DNA from: an uncultured Lachnospiraceae bacterium
Lineage (GTDB): Bacteria > Bacillota > Clostridia > Lachnospirales > Lachnospiraceae
DNA: 64,000 bases
Direction: 5' to 3'
Assembly (NCBI GenBank): GCA_910588285.1
Contig: CAJUQB010000014.1
Location: forward strand, 263-64,262
Shown here piece by piece: positions 60,452 to 64,000 of the stretch. The notes under the pieces are model-generated. The model saw only the letters and a program-made list of their open reading frames with translations. It searched no databases and was not told where the DNA came from. Each line of letters opens with the position of its first letter. Position 1 is the first letter of the stretch. The translations under genes were made by a program, and so were the position numbers.

Positions 60452-60455
60452 AAGG

Positions 60456-60797
60456 ATGAATACAATAGACGAAAAAATAAACGCGCTGGTTGAGGCCGTG
60501 CTGGAAAGCGAACAATATCTGCATTACCAGGAGATCCGCAGGAAGCTGAAGGAGGATCCCCAGAAGGAGCAGCGGGTGCTTGAATTCTGCGGCCGTGTAT
60601 TCCGTCTGCAGAATGAGCAGAAGGGGATTGATATATTTGCGGAGATTGACAAGCTGGTTCAGGAGACCGCATCTTTTCGGGCAGAGCCCCTGGTAGAGGA
60701 TTATCTGGCAGCAGAGCATGAGGTGTGCCGTCTGGTTCAGCGGATTAACTGGAGCTTGGTGGAGCAGCTGGATGTGGATCTTGGCAAGGGTGTGTAA
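60456..60797 (+). CDS. YlbF/YmcA-family regulatory protein
   Basis: It is a helical 113-aa protein with the N-terminal pattern I..L...L..SE.Y..Y typical of Com_YlbF. Confidence 0.65.
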   Translation: MNTIDEKINALVEAVLESEQYLHYQEIRRKLKEDPQKEQRVLEFCGRVFRLQNEQKGIDIFAEIDKLVQETASFRAEPLVEDYLAAEHEVCRLVQRINWSLVEQLDVDLGKGV

Positions 60798-60824
60798 GAA
60801 GGGTCCAAAGAAAAGAGGTAGGAA

Positions 60825-61211
60825 ATGAGCGCCAGTAAAATTGTACTGAATATTTTGCATCTGTGTGTCAATATCCTGATCATCGTGCTGGTGGTTGTGG
60901 CTGTTCTCAAGCTCAGCGGCAGGGCCTATGATCTGGGATACCGCATTTATACGGAACAGTCCGTGGATCCCAAGCCGGGCAGGGATAAGGTGGTGGAGAT
61001 CTCAGAGGGAATGTCTGCTTCTGAGATTGGAACGCTGCTGGAGGAAAAGGGCCTTGTGCGGGATGATACGCTGTTCTGGATTCAGATGCAGCTTTCCGCC
61101 TACAGAGATAAGGTAAAGCCTGGGCTCTACACTCTGAATACATCCCAGGATTCCAGAGAAATGCTGCAGATTATGGCAGCAGATGAGCCAGAGGAGGACG
61201 AGGAGGAATAG
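60825..61211 (+). CDS. short MltG/YceG-like protein (TM + N-terminal lobe only)
   Basis: It has a TM anchor and a LysM-like lobe (EISEGMSASEIGTLLEEKGLVRD...KPGLYTL). It lacks the catalytic YceG core and occupies the yrrL position. Confidence 0.6.
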   Translation: MSASKIVLNILHLCVNILIIVLVVVAVLKLSGRAYDLGYRIYTEQSVDPKPGRDKVVEISEGMSASEIGTLLEEKGLVRDDTLFWIQMQLSAYRDKVKPGLYTLNTSQDSREMLQIMAADEPEEDEEE

Positions 61212-61219
61212 GTGATAGC

Positions 61220-61894
61220 ATGATTGCAGATGAGCGGATGGTGTCATTTCTTCATTCTCTGGAGGAGGGGAACACCGGGATTCTCTGTGAGCTGGAACAG
61301 GAGGCCCTGGCTTCCTATGTGCCGATCATCCGCAGGGAGACCCAGAGCCTGCTGCGGCTTCTGATGGCCATGAAGCAGCCGGCCAGGATCCTGGAGGTGG
61401 GCTGTGCCGTGGGATTTTCCGCCATTTTGATGGCAGAGGCGAATCCTGCAGCCTGCCGGATTGTTACGATAGAGAATTATGAGAAGCGGATTCCCATTGC
61501 CAGGGAGAATTTTAAGCGCGCCGGCAGAGCAGAACAGATAGAGCTGCTTTTTGGAGATGCCATGGAGCTGCTTCCGACGCTCTCGGGAAGCTTTGATTTC
61601 ATTTTTTTGGATGCGGCCAAGGGGCAGTATCTTGCATTTTTGCCGCAGCTTTTGCGGCTCTTAGGGCCCAAGGGAGTCCTGGTTTCCGATAATGTTCTGC
61701 AGGAGGGAGAGATTCTGGAATCCCGCTTTGCAGTTACCAGGAGGAACAGGACGATCCACAAAAGGATGCGGGAATACCTGTATCAGCTGACCCACCATAA
61801 GGAGCTGGCCACATCGGTTCTTCCCATTGGAGACGGCGTTACGGTTAGTGTGCGCAGGTGCGGCAGGCAGACGGACGGAGAGGGAATGGTATGA
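61220..61894 (+). CDS. class I SAM-dependent O-methyltransferase (YrrM/TrmR-like)
   Basis: ILEVGCAVGFS and FDFIFLDAAK are present. It sits in the yrrM position. Confidence 0.85.
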   Translation: MIADERMVSFLHSLEEGNTGILCELEQEALASYVPIIRRETQSLLRLLMAMKQPARILEVGCAVGFSAILMAEANPAACRIVTIENYEKRIPIARENFKRAGRAEQIELLFGDAMELLPTLSGSFDFIFLDAAKGQYLAFLPQLLRLLGPKGVLVSDNVLQEGEILESRFAVTRRNRTIHKRMREYLYQLTHHKELATSVLPIGDGVTVSVRRCGRQTDGEGMV

Positions 61895-63135
61895 GGAAAC
61901 CAGAGTTGCTGGTTCCGGCCAGCAGTCTTGAAGTATTAAAAATTGCAGTTTTATTTGGTGCAGATGCAGTATATATCGGCGGAGAGGCCTATGGTCTCCG
62001 GGCCAAGGCCAGGAATTTTTCCATGAAGGAGATGGCGGAGGGAATCGCCTTTGCCCATGCCCGGCAGGTGAAGGTCTATGTGACGGCCAATATTTTGGCT
62101 CACAATGATGACCTGGAGGGCGTGGAACAGTATTTCCGGGAGCTTCGTGAGATCCGGCCGGATGCATTGATCATTTCGGATCCGGGGGTTTTTTCCCTTG
62201 CAAGGGAGATCTGCCCGGAGATTGAGGTACATATCAGCACTCAGGCCAATAATACCAATTATGGAACGTATCTGTTCTGGCACCGCCAGGGAGCAAAGCG
62301 GGTCGTTTCTGCCAGGGAGCTGTCCCTTGCAGAGATTGGAGAGATTCGCCGCAGGATCCCAAAGGAATTGGAGATCGAGACCTTTGTCCACGGGGCTATG
62401 TGCATTTCCTATTCCGGCAGGTGCCTTTTGAGCAATTATTTTACCGGACGGGATGCCAATCATGGGGCCTGCACCCATCCCTGCCGCTGGAAATATGCGG
62501 TGATGGAGGAGAAGCGCCCCGGCGAATATCTGCCGGTCTATGAGAATGAGCGAGGAACTTATATCTTCAATTCCAAGGATCTGTGTATGATTGAGCATAT
62601 CCCGGCCCTCTGCCAGGCAGGCATTGACAGCTTTAAGATTGAGGGGCGGATGAAGACAGCGCTGTATGTGGCGACGGCAGCCCGCACCTACCGGAAGGCC
62701 ATTGACGATTATTTTAGTTCGCCAAAGCAATACCAGGACCATATGGACTGGTATCGGGAACAGATGAAGGGCAGCACCCATCGGGAGTTTTCCACCGGGT
62801 TTTTCTTTGGAAAGCCGGATGAGAACACACAGATTTACGGCAGCAGTACCTATGTGAAGGATTATACCTATCTTGGCATTGTAGGTGCAGCCGACAGCCG
62901 GGGGCTCTATCCGCTGGAACAGAGGAATAAGTTCTCGGTGGGGGAGCAGATTGAGGTGATGAAGCCAGACGGCAGGAATCTGCCTGTGACAGTGCGGGCG
63001 ATTCTGGACGAAGCAGGACATCCGATGGAGAGCGCCCCCCATCCAAAACAGCTTTTATATCTTGACTTGGGCCAGGAGCTGGATCCGTACGATATATTAC
63101 GCAGACAAGAGGAGGAACAGGAAGATGAGCAATGA
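61891..63135 (+). CDS. peptidase U32 family protein (YrrO/TrhP-like)
   Basis: MRKPELLVPA begins in an ATGA overlap with the methyltransferase. The U32 signature region is E.FVHGAMCISYSGRC. Confidence 0.88.
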   Translation: MRKPELLVPASSLEVLKIAVLFGADAVYIGGEAYGLRAKARNFSMKEMAEGIAFAHARQVKVYVTANILAHNDDLEGVEQYFRELREIRPDALIISDPGVFSLAREICPEIEVHISTQANNTNYGTYLFWHRQGAKRVVSARELSLAEIGEIRRRIPKELEIETFVHGAMCISYSGRCLLSNYFTGRDANHGACTHPCRWKYAVMEEKRPGEYLPVYENERGTYIFNSKDLCMIEHIPALCQAGIDSFKIEGRMKTALYVATAARTYRKAIDDYFSSPKQYQDHMDWYREQMKGSTHREFSTGFFFGKPDENTQIYGSSTYVKDYTYLGIVGAADSRGLYPLEQRNKFSVGEQIEVMKPDGRNLPVTVRAILDEAGHPMESAPHPKQLLYLDLGQELDPYDILRRQEEEQEDEQ

Positions 63136-64000
63136 AAGATATGTTGCGTATGTAGGCACTTATACCCATGGGAACAGTGTGGGAATCCATCTGTATGACG
63201 TGGATGTGGAACAGGGCAAAATGACCGAGCGCAGGGTGGTTCCCATCAACAATCCGTCCCATTTGACCATTTCCAAGGACGGAAGGTTTCTGTATTCCAT
63301 TTCCGACGAGGGCGTGGAGGCGTTCCGGATTCTGCCGGACGGTGATCTTGCGTCCATCAACAAGGAATGGATCGGCGGAATGCGGGGCTGCTATGTGGAT
63401 GTGGATGATCAGAACCGATTTCTGTTTGTGGGCGGTTATCACGATGCCAGGGTGTCTATGATGAAGCTTCGTGCAGACGGCGGGATTGCGGGTATTGCAG
63501 ACGGCATTTTCCATAAGGGCATGGGGCGCAAGATCGCGGAGCGCAATTCCAGGCCCCATGTGAATTGCGTCATGATTACCCCAAAGAAGCAGAATTATGT
63601 CTGTGCGGTGGACGGCGGCCTGGACCATGTGAAGATCTATAAGATTAATTATGAGTATGAGAAGATTCAGCTGGCGGATATCCTGCGCTGTCCCCTGGAG
63701 TCAGCGCCCCGGATGCTGCATTTTACCAAGGATGGGAGCTATGCCTATGTGCTCTGTGAGCTAAAGAACACCGTGGAGGTGTATACCTACGAGTGCACCC
63801 CCAAGGGGCCGCTGTTTGAGCATATACAGAGTATATCTACCGTGGAGACCAGAGATATTGAGAATGGAGGCGCCTCCGGGATGGAGCTGACGGAGGATGG
63901 CCGATACCTGTTCTGCTCCAATGCCGGTACGAATTCCGTGATTGTTTTTGGGGTAGATCAGGAGACGGGGATGCTGACAGAGCTTTGCAGCAATCCCATC
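63125..64000 (+). CDS. lactonase, 7-bladed beta-propeller family (partial, runs off window)
   Basis: I translated this myself: MSNERYVAYVGTYTHGNSVGIHLYDV... is open to the window end. It overlaps the U32 stop by 11 nt and is not in the ORF track because no stop codon is reached. Confidence 0.75.
   Translation, partial: MSNERYVAYVGTYTHGNSVGIHLYDVDVEQGKMTERRVVPINNPSHLTISKDGRFLYSISDEGVEAFRILPDGDLASINKEWIGGMRGCYVDVDDQNRFLFVGGYHDARVSMMKLRADGGIAGIADGIFHKGMGRKIAERNSRPHVNCVMITPKKQNYVCAVDGGLDHVKIYKINYEYEKIQLADILRCPLESAPRMLHFTKDGSYAYVLCELKNTVEVYTYECTPKGPLFEHIQSISTVETRDIENGGASGMELTEDGRYLFCSNAGTNSVIVFGVDQETGMLTELCSNPI

Overview
This is a 64-kb chromosomal window from a spore-forming Firmicute. I infer Clostridia, probably Lachnospiraceae-like, from protein signatures and gene order, not from any search. 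It holds about 60 tightly packed protein genes, almost all housekeeping.

Gene content, left to right:
- An eroded mobile-element remnant: histidine kinase (HK) start, response regulator (RR), a frameshifted HTH gene and a TnpV-like stump.
- A heterodimeric ABC exporter pair followed by an S66 LD-carboxypeptidase.
- A copper module, csoR-copA, with two CsoR operators.
- An Rpn-family PD-(D/E)XK nuclease.
- groES-groEL with a CIRCE operator.
- A lipoprotein esterase and an AraC regulator.
- A divergent arginine cluster: argG <> argC-GNAT-argJ-argB-argD.
- A long block syntenic with Bacillus subtilis: comEA ... comEC-holA-rpsT-gpr-spoIIP ... lepA-hemW-hrcA-grpE-dnaK-dnaJ ... prmA-rsmE ... mtaB.
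- ireB-ruvX-DUF1292, RNase J, a YlbF-like gene, a short MltG-like gene, an O-methyltransferase, a U32 peptidase, and a partial lactonase gene at the right edge.

I found no rRNA, tRNA, CRISPR array or intact transposase/integrase.

I do not see a convincing self-contained multi-gene novel system. The best leads are:
- A 48-nt structured repeat present in inverted copies just upstream of two unrelated promoters (33.7 kb and 49.1 kb).
- Lower-GC single-gene insertions that interrupt the conserved synteny: an AAA-ATPase/PD-(D/E)XK fusion, an Rpn nuclease with an IEQG repeat linker, and a decayed ABC-F gene.
- A copA-copZ fusion that keeps an internal ribosome-binding site and ATG.
- A two-component system plus GerMN lipoprotein wedged between comEA and comEC.
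- A GNAT gene embedded in the arg operon.
- Several intergenic tandem repeats and long hairpins whose G-U pairing indicates RNA-level structure.

All functional calls come from motif recognition in the supplied translations. No database search was run.
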